Assembly (NCBI RefSeq): GCF_006345805.1
Contig: NC_043025.1
Span: 1,612,001-1,676,000 of the forward strand
DNA from: Octopus sinensis
Taxonomy: Eukaryota
Direction: 5' to 3'
Length of the DNA: 64,000 nt
A model generated the notes under the pieces. That model was not told the DNA's origin. It did not search any database and saw only the letters and a program-made list of their open reading frames with translations. Within the stretch, counting starts at the first letter, position 1. Each line of letters starts with the position of its first letter. A program made the position numbers and the translations under genes. Positions 52,510 through 64,000 of the stretch are shown here, piece by piece.

Positions 52510-54050
52510 TACAAGGTAATTCAGTAAACTGAAAATATCATTTCACTCACCTATTCGATTGATTATTTACAGAGTAATTCAGTTAACTGAAAGTATCTTT
52601 TCAGTTATCCATTCGGATGTTTAATTTAAAGAGTTTACAGGTTTATCCGTGATCCATCCTTACCTCATTCGTTACTGTTGTGGAAGGATTCCGACAACTC
52701 CCATATGATTAAAAGTGAATTGTCACATTTACTAGGAATAAAGAACTGTCGAGTTATCAGGAGTTGATTGGTAAGCAGTTCGCTGTGAGCCGTGTTACCT
52801 CGTATAACAGGAAGCCTCGTGCGTTCGTGTAAATACTTCGTTAAATTATTTATCAAACTTACAAGGACATAAAAGTTACTTATAAAGGAAATATACTTAC
52901 ACCATGCCTCACGTTTTTGACAGTATCCGCGGAAGGAAGAGACTTGTGGATGACATGAATTACATATTATGAAGCACAGAAACAAAAAGCCGATGAATCT
53001 AAGACTTACAGGAAATTCAAAATTAAGTCCTGTAACGCTCGAGTGCACATTAGGATACATGATGAAGATCATACCATAATTCAGCACATTGGTGAAGATC
53101 CTCATTGTTCATGTGCTTCAAGATCCATGTATCATATTCAGGTGGGGTTATTCAGTGTTCCGCAGTTGTTTGCATTACCCCACCCAAAAATAAACTTACA
53201 CCCGCCTTTTTTATAAGCTAAATGAATTACTCCAAAGACTGAGTCCTGAAGATGTTATGAGGGATTTTGAAAAAGGTCATAGCATTGTATCTGTTTCCTA
53301 CTACTTCCATCTCATGCTGTCTTTTTCATCTGTCACAAAATATATAGAGAAAACATGTGAATTTGGCTTGAAGGAAAGATACCATCATGATAATGAGTTT
53401 AGCATTAAAATCAGATGGTTTTAAGCGTTGCTAATTCTTCGTCTCGATGATGAGATTGACGGAGTCGAAAATCTTGTAGATGACGATGATCTTCCGCAAG
53501 AACTTGTGACCTACTTTGGATTATCGTACCTAAGATGAGTGCAAAGTAAAGGAATCAGACCACAAAGGACTTCTCCCTTGTTTTCCATTGGTAGTTGGAA
53601 TGTCCGCTTTAAAACAGAATCGGATATGCCTCGCACTAATAACCTTTTAGAGGGATTTCACAACGCCCTACAAATTTCCTTAATTTGTTCACATCCGAAT
53701 ATATGGAGATAATTACTGCATTGAAAAGGGAAGAACACTTGGCACAGCTGAGAAAGGTTGAATTTGATGGAGGTGGGATCTGCAAGACCAAACAAAAATA
53801 AAAAGAAAGGATATAAGCAAACGGATAAGTATTGAGCGACATAGTCCCGAAAATAAGATGGCTTTTGTACGAGCAATAGCCCCTAACCTTCATTTTTATT
53901 GAAACTTTTAGTTTTCCTTGACTAATTATTTTATCCTTATTCAACGTTTTATTTTTTCTAATATCGGGAGTGAAACTGACTGGTAATCAAATTACCGGAG
54001 TCAAAATACCGGGGGTGAAGTTATCAGGATTCAAATTACCTATCGCCTAC
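52510..54050 (+). mobile_element. Degenerate Mutator-like (MULE, FLYWCH/Phantom-type) transposon
   Basis: FLYWCH-like N-terminus (SIRGRKRLVDDMNY...SCNARVH), MRDFEK, PLFSIGSWNV, PRTNNLLEGFHNAL, HPNIW motifs with stops; sub-repetitive termini ggtaatt...tttcactc. Confidence 0.7.
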
Positions 54051-55589
54051 TCAGTCGATGTCTGAGGGATACGGGTTCGAGTGCAACTATTTCCCTTCTC
54101 ATTAGGGTACCCAGTCTTTCTCTGCTATCTCTACAGCTTTACTGGGTTTGAAATGTCCTTTCTTATCTGCAAGGTATTGCGTTTGAAATGGTTTAGTATG
54201 TTACCATTTATTTATGCAGAAGAGATAAGATTACATGACAGGGAGTAGTTTTAATGGGAGAAAAACATATTCGCAAAATACATAAATTCCTACGTCTCTT
54301 ATTAAGAGAGACTAATGAGTGTTTCTCTCGATGCCACAGGGAATGTTAACCATCTTCTAAATTTATGTCCCAGATTCCAGATACAGTTTTGAAGAATCAC
54401 ATGAATACTTTGATCACCTATAAACAAAAAGAAACTTGTTACTATGGAATTGCTTCAACGTAACCATTGGAGACCTCCGCTTCAATGAAGAAGCAGGCTG
54501 AAGCAAGAACTGACCAAATGCTATAGAAAGATAAAGCTTTAGCAAGCCAAAAGAGAAGCGAGCATAATTACTACGTTTGTGTGCAATAAGGGGTCTCATG
54601 ATAACAAACACTGTGTACGGAAAAGGATGTCTGGAAGCTAAATCAATATATATAATATCCTTCAATTCATTACTTTGAACAACGATCGTCAAGTTTGCTT
54701 TGGCAATTCTAAAGATATTTTGGTGTCACGAATTGTGTCACCAAAACAGATCAAATAACCTTTAAAGTTCAATACCTGAACTTCAAGTCTTACTATCCAA
54801 CATATACAAAACGCAATATCCAATACAACCTAGCCGAAAAAATGTGTACGTTTGTGGAGGATGTGAGAATCAGAGACAAAAGCCTAACAAAACTAAAAGA
54901 ATCTCTACCCAAGCAAAAATATCCGTCTCTACTCATAGAAAATGGTATACAGCTTGATATAGTAATACCCATACAAGAACTTAGGGCCACCCGAGGAAGA
55001 GGAAAACGAGAACAGATCATACCAGTTATAGTGGCACACAACCCATGTTACCGGAATACCTTAAGCATTGCAAATCAAACTTGCCGATAATTATTCAAAG
55101 TAATGAATTAGAAGATATAATCACGGATGGAGTAATGGCTCTAAGTAAAAGACAGTCGAAAGACTTGAAACATTTAATAAAGGCAAAGTGTGATCTTAGC
55201 AACAATACGAATCATTCATTGTGTCTAAATACAATGATAATCGATGTGGGACATGTCAGTTCATACATATCGGTCAATATAGGAACTAAAAATAAACGGA
55301 AGAATATTTGCAAATGTAACTATGAACTGCAAAAGCAGAAATTTAATTTACTGCATCAAATGCCAGAATTCTGAAGAGATATAGGTTGGCCAGACTTGGA
55401 ATGCACTAGCGGAACGTTCACGTGTGCCCCAACAGTAAATTAGAGATACTGATGTCGGCCAGATGATCCCTTTAACCGACCACTGGCAACTTGTGGTCTA
55501 AACAACTGAAGACAAGTCGAGAGAAAAGTTAGAGAAAAAATTTTATTGATAAACTGAAACTCATTTTAAATGGACAAAACTAATAATAG

Positions 55590-55758
55590 TTATAGTAACG
55601 GTGATGACTGGAATGATGATGATGATGATGATGATGATGATAATAATAATAATAATAATGATAATAATAATAATGATAATAATAATAATAATGATAATAA
55701 TAATGATAATAATAATAATAATAATAATAATAATATAATAATAAATACTATTAATGCT

Positions 55759-55792
<34 letters not shown>

Positions 55793-55830
55793 CCACCACT
55801 TCTACCAGCTCAACCACTAACAAGAATAAG
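55590..55830. repeat. (GAT)n/(AAT)n/(CAC)n trinucleotide microsatellite
   Basis: Direct inspection. Confidence 0.9.
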
Positions 55831-56193
55831 GAAAATGATGGTGATTATGATACTAGTGTTAACCATGTGAACATTGAATCGGTTGAAGTGTAAACTATTT
55901 GGGAAACTTTTGGAAAGGTTCCATTAAAGTTAAGAATCCTTGACGTGCCCACCAAACCGTGACATATAAGCTGCACACCAATTGGTTAAGATATTTCTTT
56001 GAAAGAAGTGAGGTATATGCTAACCAGGTTGGCGCAATCACCAAACCGTGACATCTAAGTCAAATACTGATTGGTCAAAATACATTTCCTAAGATTCAGC
56101 CTGCTGGAGCCCATCTAAAGTTCTTTAGAGGACAAATCTAACCATTTCCCTGCAGTTGTCAATTCTGGGACGTGACTGTCCTTACTACTAGAT

Positions 56194-56231
56194 AAACCTG
56201 AAGACTGCGTAACGCATGAAAGCACTAGTTT
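56194..56231 (+). ncRNA. Minimal type I hammerhead ribozyme motif
   Basis: aaac-CTGAAGA-c-TGCG taa CGCA-t-GAAA-G ca C-TA-gttt. Confidence 0.65.
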
Positions 56232-56363
56232 TATTACGATAAATATATAATATTCTCAAGTAAAGTTGATATTCTATTATTATAAGATTGTAAAATTGTG
56301 AAAATTGTAAATATTGAAACGCGAACATCGGACTGGGTTGTAATTGCATTGATTAATATATAT

Positions 56364-56415
<52 letters not shown>

Positions 56416-56519
56416 GTACACTGGCGAAAGAGTTTATAGTTTCGTGCTTTTTGTTACTTCAACAAGCGTATTTATAAAATATACTGTGTAACTTTCAGGA
56501 TCTGATTAAGCGTTATTAG

Positions 56520-56885
56520 AAGGTGCCTGTCTTAGAGGTTAGTGTATTCCGCTAGGGATCGAAGGGTCACGAGTTCGATTCCCGGTGGCGTGTTGTATCC
56601 TTGAGCAAGACAGTTTATTTGACGTTCCCCCAGTCAACTCAGCTTCCAAAAATGAGTATTACCTGCATTTCCAGATGGCGAGCTGGCTGAAATGTTCACA
56701 TGCCACGCGAAACGCCCAGCGGTATTTCTTCTGTCTTCATGTTCTGAGTTCAAATTCCGCCGAGGTTGACTTTACCTTTCATACCTTCGGGGTCGATAAA
56801 TTAAGTACCAGTGAAACTCCGGGGTCGATGTAATCGACTTAGTACCCCTCACCACAAAATCCAGGCCTTGTGCCTATAGTAAAAA
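56520..56885 (+). mobile_element. Diverged family-D head followed by a family-C SINE
   Basis: Homology to 47840-47910 and 42785-42950. Confidence 0.7.
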
Positions 56886-57472
56886 AGGGATCTGTTTAAG
56901 CGTTAAATATATTTAAAAAGTCAAGGAAAATAAGAAAAAAATAATGTGGAGAGGGAGAGGATATTAGTTTTCTTGATTATTCGTGTTTCGTTTCTTCTTT
57001 CTTCAAGTTTTTTTGTCGTGTTTTATATTATTTTCTTACTGTCCAGCATTCTTGCTTCTCAAAATATATTTAAAGCATAAACAGAGGCTGAAAGGTTACT
57101 TTCTAATAAATGGCACATTTTGTAAATATGCCTGGTCATGTATGATAAAATCTTGGAACTACTAGTAGCTCTTTCGGTTGTGTATTTAAATGGATATTTA
57201 TCTCTCACTTGACGAGGGACTTTTTCTGCTGATTCTTCCTCTGTTGGATCTGTAAACTATATACATATTTATATACTCTTCTTTTCTTTTACTTGTTTCA
57301 GTCATTTGGCTGCGGCCATTCTGGAGCACAGCCTTAAAGAGTTTAGGGCGTATGTTTTAAAGTCTACTATTTGTTCTATCGGTGCCATTTGCCGAAACAC
57401 TAAGCTACACGCAAACACTGGTTGGCAAGTGGTGTTAGGGAAACAATCACTGACATAAAGAGACCCCGAAAC

Positions 57473-57509
<37 letters not shown>

Positions 57510-57517
<8 letters not shown>

Positions 57518-59030
57518 TAATCCAAACAAGAAAGCACAAAAATCAACAACGTGAGGACGTGGAACAAATATAGTATTATTGGATGCTCAGGAAAGAAGGA
57601 AAGAAGGAGGATTTAACGTTTCGAGCGGATCTCTTCGTCGGAAACATAGGAGAAGGAAAGATCCAGAGAAGAGAAGACATAGGAAAAAAAATCGCCAACG
57701 GTACACACGAGGTCACATTTTGAAAGACCGGAAGGAAAAGGGTGAAGAAAGATGTTTTCAAAGACAGAAAGAGTAGTATTTTCAAAGACAGCAGAACGGT
57801 AGAGGGGAATGCGTGTGTAAGTGTGGATATGTGCATGCGCGGAGTTCTGCGTGTGCGTGTGCGTGTGTGTGTATATGTGTGCAATCATGACACGTGTGTG
57901 TGTGTGTGTGCGTGTGCGTGTGTATGTGTGTGTGGTTGTGGCAGTAAACAAAGGGCTAGTAGTAGGGCTAGTAGAATAAGGAGTGGTGTTATTTGTCCCT
58001 GCCACAGGTCAGTACTGTTACTTTGAAGTATGTGCGTGTGTGCGTGTATGTATATGTATCATGTGTGTGTTTTGTTTGTAGTGTGTGTGTATGCGTAGAG
58101 TTTGGGTGTGTGGTGAATAACTGTGCTTTACTTAGTGTATGTGTGCGTGTGTGCTTGTACGTGTCTATGTGTGTATACATGTATGTATAATTGTGTGCCG
58201 TTTGTATGGGATGTATGTGTGGGTTCATTTGTGTGTATGTATGTATATATGTACGTGCGTGTAGTTGTGTGTGCGTGTACATGTGCGTTTGTATGTGTGT
58301 GTGTAAGCGTATATGGATGTATATGCGTGTATCCGTGGGGTTGTGAGTTTTGTGTGTGAGTATTGTTTGTTGGAGGTATATGTGGGCATATGTGCTGGTG
58401 TGTGTGTATGTACGTGTGTATGTGAGTGTGCGTGTATTGTGTGCGTATGTACGTGCGTGTGACCGTGGAGATGTGTGTCAGGTTGTGTTCATTTTAATGT
58501 GTGTACGCGCGTGTGCTTGAGTATGTGAGTGTATGTGGCTATGTGTACGTTTATGTGTGTGTGTCTAAAGGTTTGTGTGTCTGTGTATGCTGGATGGGAT
58601 AGGTTAGGTTTCTGTGCATTCTTGTGCGTGTGTGTTCGTTTGTGTACGTGTGTGTGTGTGCACGGTCATATGTGTGTGTACGCGTGTGGGTGTGTGGGTG
58701 GGTGTATTTTTGTGTGTGTGTGTGTGTGTATATGTGTGGAAGTATGTGTGCGTATATGTGCATGTATGCTGTATGTGTGTGGTGTGTTGCAAGTATGTGT
58801 GTGTTCGTGAATACGTGAGTATGCGTGTGTATGTATTTCTGTATAAGGACAATTATTTATAAAAACAATAAAATAATAAAAAAAACAATAAATAACATAA
58901 AAGACGTAATAGCACGTAAGGAAAGGAATGAAAAAAAAGGAAGAAATAAGAAATTAAAAAAGTTGCTTGTTGCGGGAGGTGGAGCGCAGTCACTAAGAGG
59001 AGGAGGCTGTGTTGAGTCCGTTCGGGGTAT
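57510..59030 (-). mobile_element. TA-flanked probable Penelope-derived non-autonomous element with a long degenerate (TG)-rich tract
   Basis: Hammerhead-like variant tttCCGACGAAGAGATCCGCTCGAAACGTTaaa (57612-57644, minus); about 1 kb of degenerate TG repeat at 57810-58840. Confidence 0.45.
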
Positions 59031-59033
59031 TAG

Positions 59034-59073
<40 letters not shown>

Positions 59074-60386
59074 ATTGCCAGCAAGCGGATACGGCACGCG
59101 AAACCGTATCCCTCAGATACCGGCTGAGTGCTCTACCATTAAGGTAAGCGGTCCATCTCTATATATTACAAAGTAAATAAGAATGTGAAGCTTGAATTAA
59201 AAGAGATTTCTACAACTAGTAATTCTAACCCGATTCATTCTTTAAAATTATCATATCGTACGAAGCCAAAAAAAATGATAGATGTTAAGATACTTTTTTA
59301 CCTTCCCTTTTGCGAGTTTTGGATGCTGAAGTTTGTTTGAATGGTTGTGATGCCAGTAAGAAAGAAAGAAAGAAAGTGGAAGGGTCATGGCGGCTTATAT
59401 AGATTTTTCAATAGAGGATTGTATATAGTGTGTGGTGAACCTGTTTACAGTACGAAGTGGATCCTACATATATATATTGGCGCATGGACTTTTGGTTCGG
59501 TGTGTTGTGTCTACGAGAAAGACACTTCCAGTGCACTCATCTGAAAAGAAGTACCACCAATAACCGAGGGTTAAACTTGCGACAGACTGGCATCTCGTTC
59601 GGTGGGGTTTCTTGTATCGTCGTGACTTGAAATACATTGGATACCGAGATATTCTGGGGCCTAATGAGCCTGTGGATCAGGCAGAGAATTTAACTTAGAA
59701 AATACATCAATGTAGACATACAGACATGCGCAGTCAAGTGTTTGTGTTACGTCTATCGAATGAAAGTAGACATGAATGTGAAAAACCAGAAATACTCAGT
59801 TCTTTGATTGGAATGTAGCGTTTGTGAAATGTTCATTACTGGATTAAGTTCATTGCTGGAATAATGACAGTTGCAAGACCTGATAAAGCTAATTAGATAA
59901 ATGATTATAAAACTAATCAGCAAGATACATCTTGTATATTTTCAACTTTTTTGTGAAATGTTTAAAATAACTGATAAAATCAGTCTCTCCAGGCGGTATT
60001 TGAACTCAGACTGCAGTATTACAGTATTTCATCTAAAACAAAAACGAAAGTAGCAACACGTCATATTTAACCCTTTATTTAAAAAATTTAAAGCTTACAT
60101 TGATGACATTAAATTGGCAATAAGAAAAAAATATTAATATACTTTCAAATCAATTAACATTTTCTATTTTCCTCTGTTTCAAGCAATAGTGGGGCCATGA
60201 AACTTGTTTAGATTACATTTATTGAAGATTATACAGTCTCTCGGTTGCCAAGTGTTGTATAAGAAGTTACAGATATAGTTTCTTTACCAGGAAATATATG
60301 TAATACTATATATATGAAAAAGATATTATTTTAACATGTAAAATATTATCAAACATGACTCTTGGAGGCTCTGTTTCGATTTCTAC

Positions 60387-61010
60387 TTATATGTTTGTTT
60401 CTGTTGCTTTGTCCATTATTTCATTAACAGAACTTGAACCTGGAAGCACAATGAGAAAACTATATAAGATATTATATTGCTAAACTTGTCTATATCGTTA
60501 AACGTGTCTATAACGGTTGGCTTTTAGTTCTTTTGCATTAATTCTGTCGCATATCTTATTCTGGCGTTCATATCTTCTAGAATTCTTTTGCTCCCTATAC
60601 CTAATTCAATATTTGCAACGTTGAAATGTCTGTATTTCGGACCTGCAACATTTGCTGCAAATACACGTGAAAGGTCGTTAATAATGTTATATGTACATGT
60701 TGGATTAGATTTAGATACATTTTAGTTATGTCGTTCCGGAAAAGCTTTTAGGTGATACCTTTGTATATTACCCAAAGATTTCACTACCAAAATATATAAG
60801 ATGTCTTTGTCATTCGTACTGATTAAGTGTATGAATGTAGTTAGTAGTAACATCAAATTTCCAATGGCTGAGAATTAACATCACGCTTTGAAACTCGGGG
60901 TTCCTACGAATTTGAAACAAAATACTTTGACTCATACAGATATGAGAATATATAACTAGAAACATATATATGTATCCTTATATATATATGTATGTGTGTG
61001 TGTGTGTATG

Positions 61011-61069
<59 letters not shown>

Positions 61070-61628
61070 TATGTGTGTGTTTGTATATATATATATATAA
61101 GTTTACCCACTTCTTTCTTTCTGTCTCTCTCTCTGTATATTCATTCATACGCACACATAATTATCCGCACTTTCGCCAAAACTCTCCTCATTTCGCTGCA
61201 CCACCTTCTGAGCCCCTGTGCTAAAAATGTGGTTCTCTTGTAGTTACGTAACCGAGAGTTGACTGTGATCGCTCCGGTTTTTTTTCTGGCTGAGTGCACC
61301 AAAGAAGAACAGTGATCAGTGATTAGATTTGTCTAGTCTGAAGGTGTGACAGGGGCTGGAATCCGTTGCAGGCTTTCATCACAATACTTGTATAAAACTC
61401 TGTCGCGCAGAAGTGTGAATGAGTGGATTGTGAATGAGTGGATTGTGAAGTTTAAAAATGTGTGAAAAACAGTTTGACATTTTGCCATTTTAAATACATC
61501 AAAATGCATCCAAATTTCTTCATTTGTCTACTCACCCGTGTATGTATGTATGTATATATGTATGTATGTATGTAGGTATGTCTGTATGTATGTATGTATG
61601 TATGTATGTATGTATATATGTATGTATG

Positions 61629-61662
<34 letters not shown>

Positions 61663-61664
61663 TG

Positions 61665-61705
<41 letters not shown>

Positions 61706-62176
61706 GTTTGTTTGTCTGTCTATCTGTCTGTGTCTCTGTCTCTATCTACCTATTATGAATGAATGAAAAGAAAGCTATCGCACTTACTTCTGCCGGCGGT
61801 AATTTTCCATTGATTTATTCTCTTTCTTTCATTTACAAACTCCCCGATTATATTTCTGGTATCTTTCTTGTATATACAATAGAATATGAAGATAAACATT
61901 CCTTGAAGTGTATTGAATATAGTAAAAAGATACTCAAACACGTTTGCTGCTTCCCTAACATCGAAGAAAGCAAAGACCAATGTGAGTCCAAGCCAAAACA
62001 GCAAACTAACCAGGCCCAGAACACGTACTTTACTTCTTTTCTGCTCAGATCCCTTATTACTTTGCATCATTATAAGGTGCCAGATAACGAGAGAAGGCAT
62101 GATAATGTTGAAGATGAGACTGATCGCAACAGGAGCCAGGAAAGCAGCATAGAAAGATGGTGCGGACAACCAACAG
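60387..62176 (-). CDS. Adhesion GPCR copy 2, last two exons (62176-61788; 60439-60387, [17 protein letters not shown]); the rest lies beyond the window
   Basis: [15 protein letters not shown]...[13 protein letters not shown]...[14 protein letters not shown]; exon lengths and splice sites identical to copy 1. Confidence 0.92.
61215..61465 (+). mobile_element. Mariner 5' fragment at the position homologous to the copy 1 and copy 3 insertion
   Basis: Diverged homology to 31005-31250. Confidence 0.7.
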
Positions 62177-62415
62177 CTACAAAGAAAATAGAAAGGCAAT
62201 AAAAGAAAGAAAGTTGTCAAATGTTCAGTTAATAAAATGAAGTATCACACAAGGATTTAAGTGGAGTGATTTCGATCCAAAGAAAACGAAAAAAATTTCT
62301 CATGTTTGCGACAAATTATGTACGTTAATGAGTAGAAAATAATTATTGTACGTTTCGATATCCAGACACACAGAAACAAAGACATACACGCACACACACA
62401 TACATTTATATATGC

Positions 62416-62454
<39 letters not shown>

Positions 62455-62471
62455 AACACACACAGACACAG

Positions 62472-62529
<58 letters not shown>

Positions 62530-62533
<4 letters not shown>

Positions 62534-64000
62534 GTTTAAATATTTGTTGTGCAAGATTTTTTATGTGAAGTCGTGTGTTGAAACAGATATTGTTATATTT
62601 CGGAATGGTCATTTTGCCAGTTTAGCCAATAAAAACACACGCACTATATATTTGGTGTTACTTTGCTTCAGTGTTATTTATTTTTTACATTAATTTTAAT
62701 CTTGTTTCGGCGAGAGTTCTTTCGTCACACTCCTGTGACCGCATCAGTGGTCCTTTGTTTTTTTTGTTTTGTTTTCTTCTTTCTTATTTGTGTCTCTCCT
62801 TACTAACCGTCAGCCATTTTGTATTTCTATTGTATGTCTTCATTTGCGCATGCTTATATCTCTATGTTCGTCTATGTTTATTTAGTGTGTGTATGTGCGG
62901 GGATGCCTGTAATATTTGTATCTTCTGTTTGTATGTGTGTATGTGTGTGTATGTGCGGGGATGCCTGTATATTTGTATCTTCTGTTTATATATGTTCATG
63001 TAATTTGTATTTTGTTTTTTGTTTTTGTTGTTTTTGTTTATTCTTATTTTGTTCTTGTGTTTACATCCACTTACTATTATCATTACATATGCTTGCGTGT
63101 ATAACAACAATACTAGTAATAATAATAATAAATCAAATCGAAAAAAATATATGAAAAAAAATAATAAAAATTTAAAAAAATTATAAATAAATAAAAATTT
63201 ATAAAAAAAAAACATATATATATATATATATATATATAGTTATTTATTTCTATTAATTTATTTATCGGTGTATTTATTATGTTTTCAGGATCCTCTATCG
63301 TCATATGTTGTGGTATGAGTTAGTTTTCTATTCAGGCTAGGTTTATTTTCTATTATGTGTGTAGCTTCTGTAATTTGTCTAATTGTTGCATCTGATCTAT
63401 GTGTGGATAATATTTATTACTATGTTATTGATTGATTCCCCCGTGTTCCTGTTCGGCGTGTTGGTACAGAATCGATGAGCTTTTACATTCCTTGAGTTGT
63501 CTCCAATGCCCATTTACCCGGTCTCCTATGCTTCTTGCCGTTTCCCCTATGTATGTCGTTGTCTTGTTACTGCATCGTCCCTCTATACATCTTATACTAT
63601 AGACTACATTTCTGACTTTATAGTTTGTTTGTGGGCTAAATCTACATACAGTACAGTACTTATCCGTACAGGGGGTTCTACTAAAAGGATAGGTTCTACC
63701 AATTATAGATTTGATATGGTTGCCTGGCTTTTCAACAACCTTAATTCTTAGTTTAAGTTTGTCTAGAGGCCTTCTAAAACGGTACGCCAGTTCACCTCCA
63801 GGGGTGGTGTCAACGAACATGACACTCTGGTATTTATGGCTATCATACCAAGAGTTGGCCTTCCCTATTTTCTTTTTTTGTCCTTTCTATAGTGTTCCAT
63901 GACTTGTTCCTATAGAGTGGGCAAATCCCATTCCTATCATTACATAATATATTATCAAATTTCTTAATGGCTCCTTTGTATACACTGATCCTTTCTTTAT
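62530..64000 (-). mobile_element. Penelope-like retroelement, same family as 44460-46722, running off the window
   Basis: Direct homology to 44460-45905 (pLTR and GIY-YIG ORF, YIGETARSIGDR). Confidence 0.92.

Larger units (their letters stand above)
54600..56320 (+). mobile_element. Old Penelope-like element remnant with an inverted 5' fragment
   Basis: KRNIQYNLAEKMCTFV..LKESLPKQKYP (RT thumb/linker) and NCKSRNLIYCIKC...VGQT...LAERSRV (GIY-YIG); 54640-54750 is a diverged inverted copy of about 55020-55125; downstream pLTR-like region carries a hammerhead. Confidence 0.75.

Noticed and set aside
55500-55535. CTGAAGA...GAAA as an additional hammerhead
   Set aside because: No stem I or stem II pairing; it lies in degenerate GIY-YIG coding sequence. 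Other isolated CTGANGA hits (6818, 14043, 33787, 37834, 38010) also lack the fold.
55570-55893. 107-aa Asn/Asp-rich ORF
   Set aside because: Trinucleotide microsatellite within a Penelope 3' region.

Overview
Eukaryotic, AT-rich, microsatellite- and SINE-dense genomic DNA. The repeat families look like those of Octopus/coleoid cephalopods; this is recognition, not a database result. Two multi-exon minus-strand genes were reconstructed by hand from GT-AG boundaries with consistent phases. (1) An ankyrin-repeat + C3HC4 RING protein resembling the C-terminal half of Mind-bomb: 10 coding exons, 18050->315, about 574 aa, ending in what looks like a truncated death-domain exon. (2) An adhesion GPCR (GAIN/GPS + 7TM + terminal PDZ-ligand micro-exon): 8 exons, 42395->28838, 5' part lost at a 100-N gap. 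Its GPS reads CDRL|KSFAVLM instead of CxHL|TxFxxLM, so it is predicted not to autoproteolyse. Two further paralogs are partly present: copy 3 (+ strand, terminal exon 48275-48327) and copy 2 (- strand, exons 62176-61788 and 60439-60387), forming an inverted/tandem aGPCR cluster. The window also holds a 16-unit 100-bp satellite with higher-order structure, remnants of Penelope-like, mariner, pogo, MULE, Helitron-like and LINE elements, four SINE families, several long palindromes, and five canonical-core plus six variant-core type I hammerhead-ribozyme motifs. Most ORFs in the supplied track are microsatellite or SINE artefacts.
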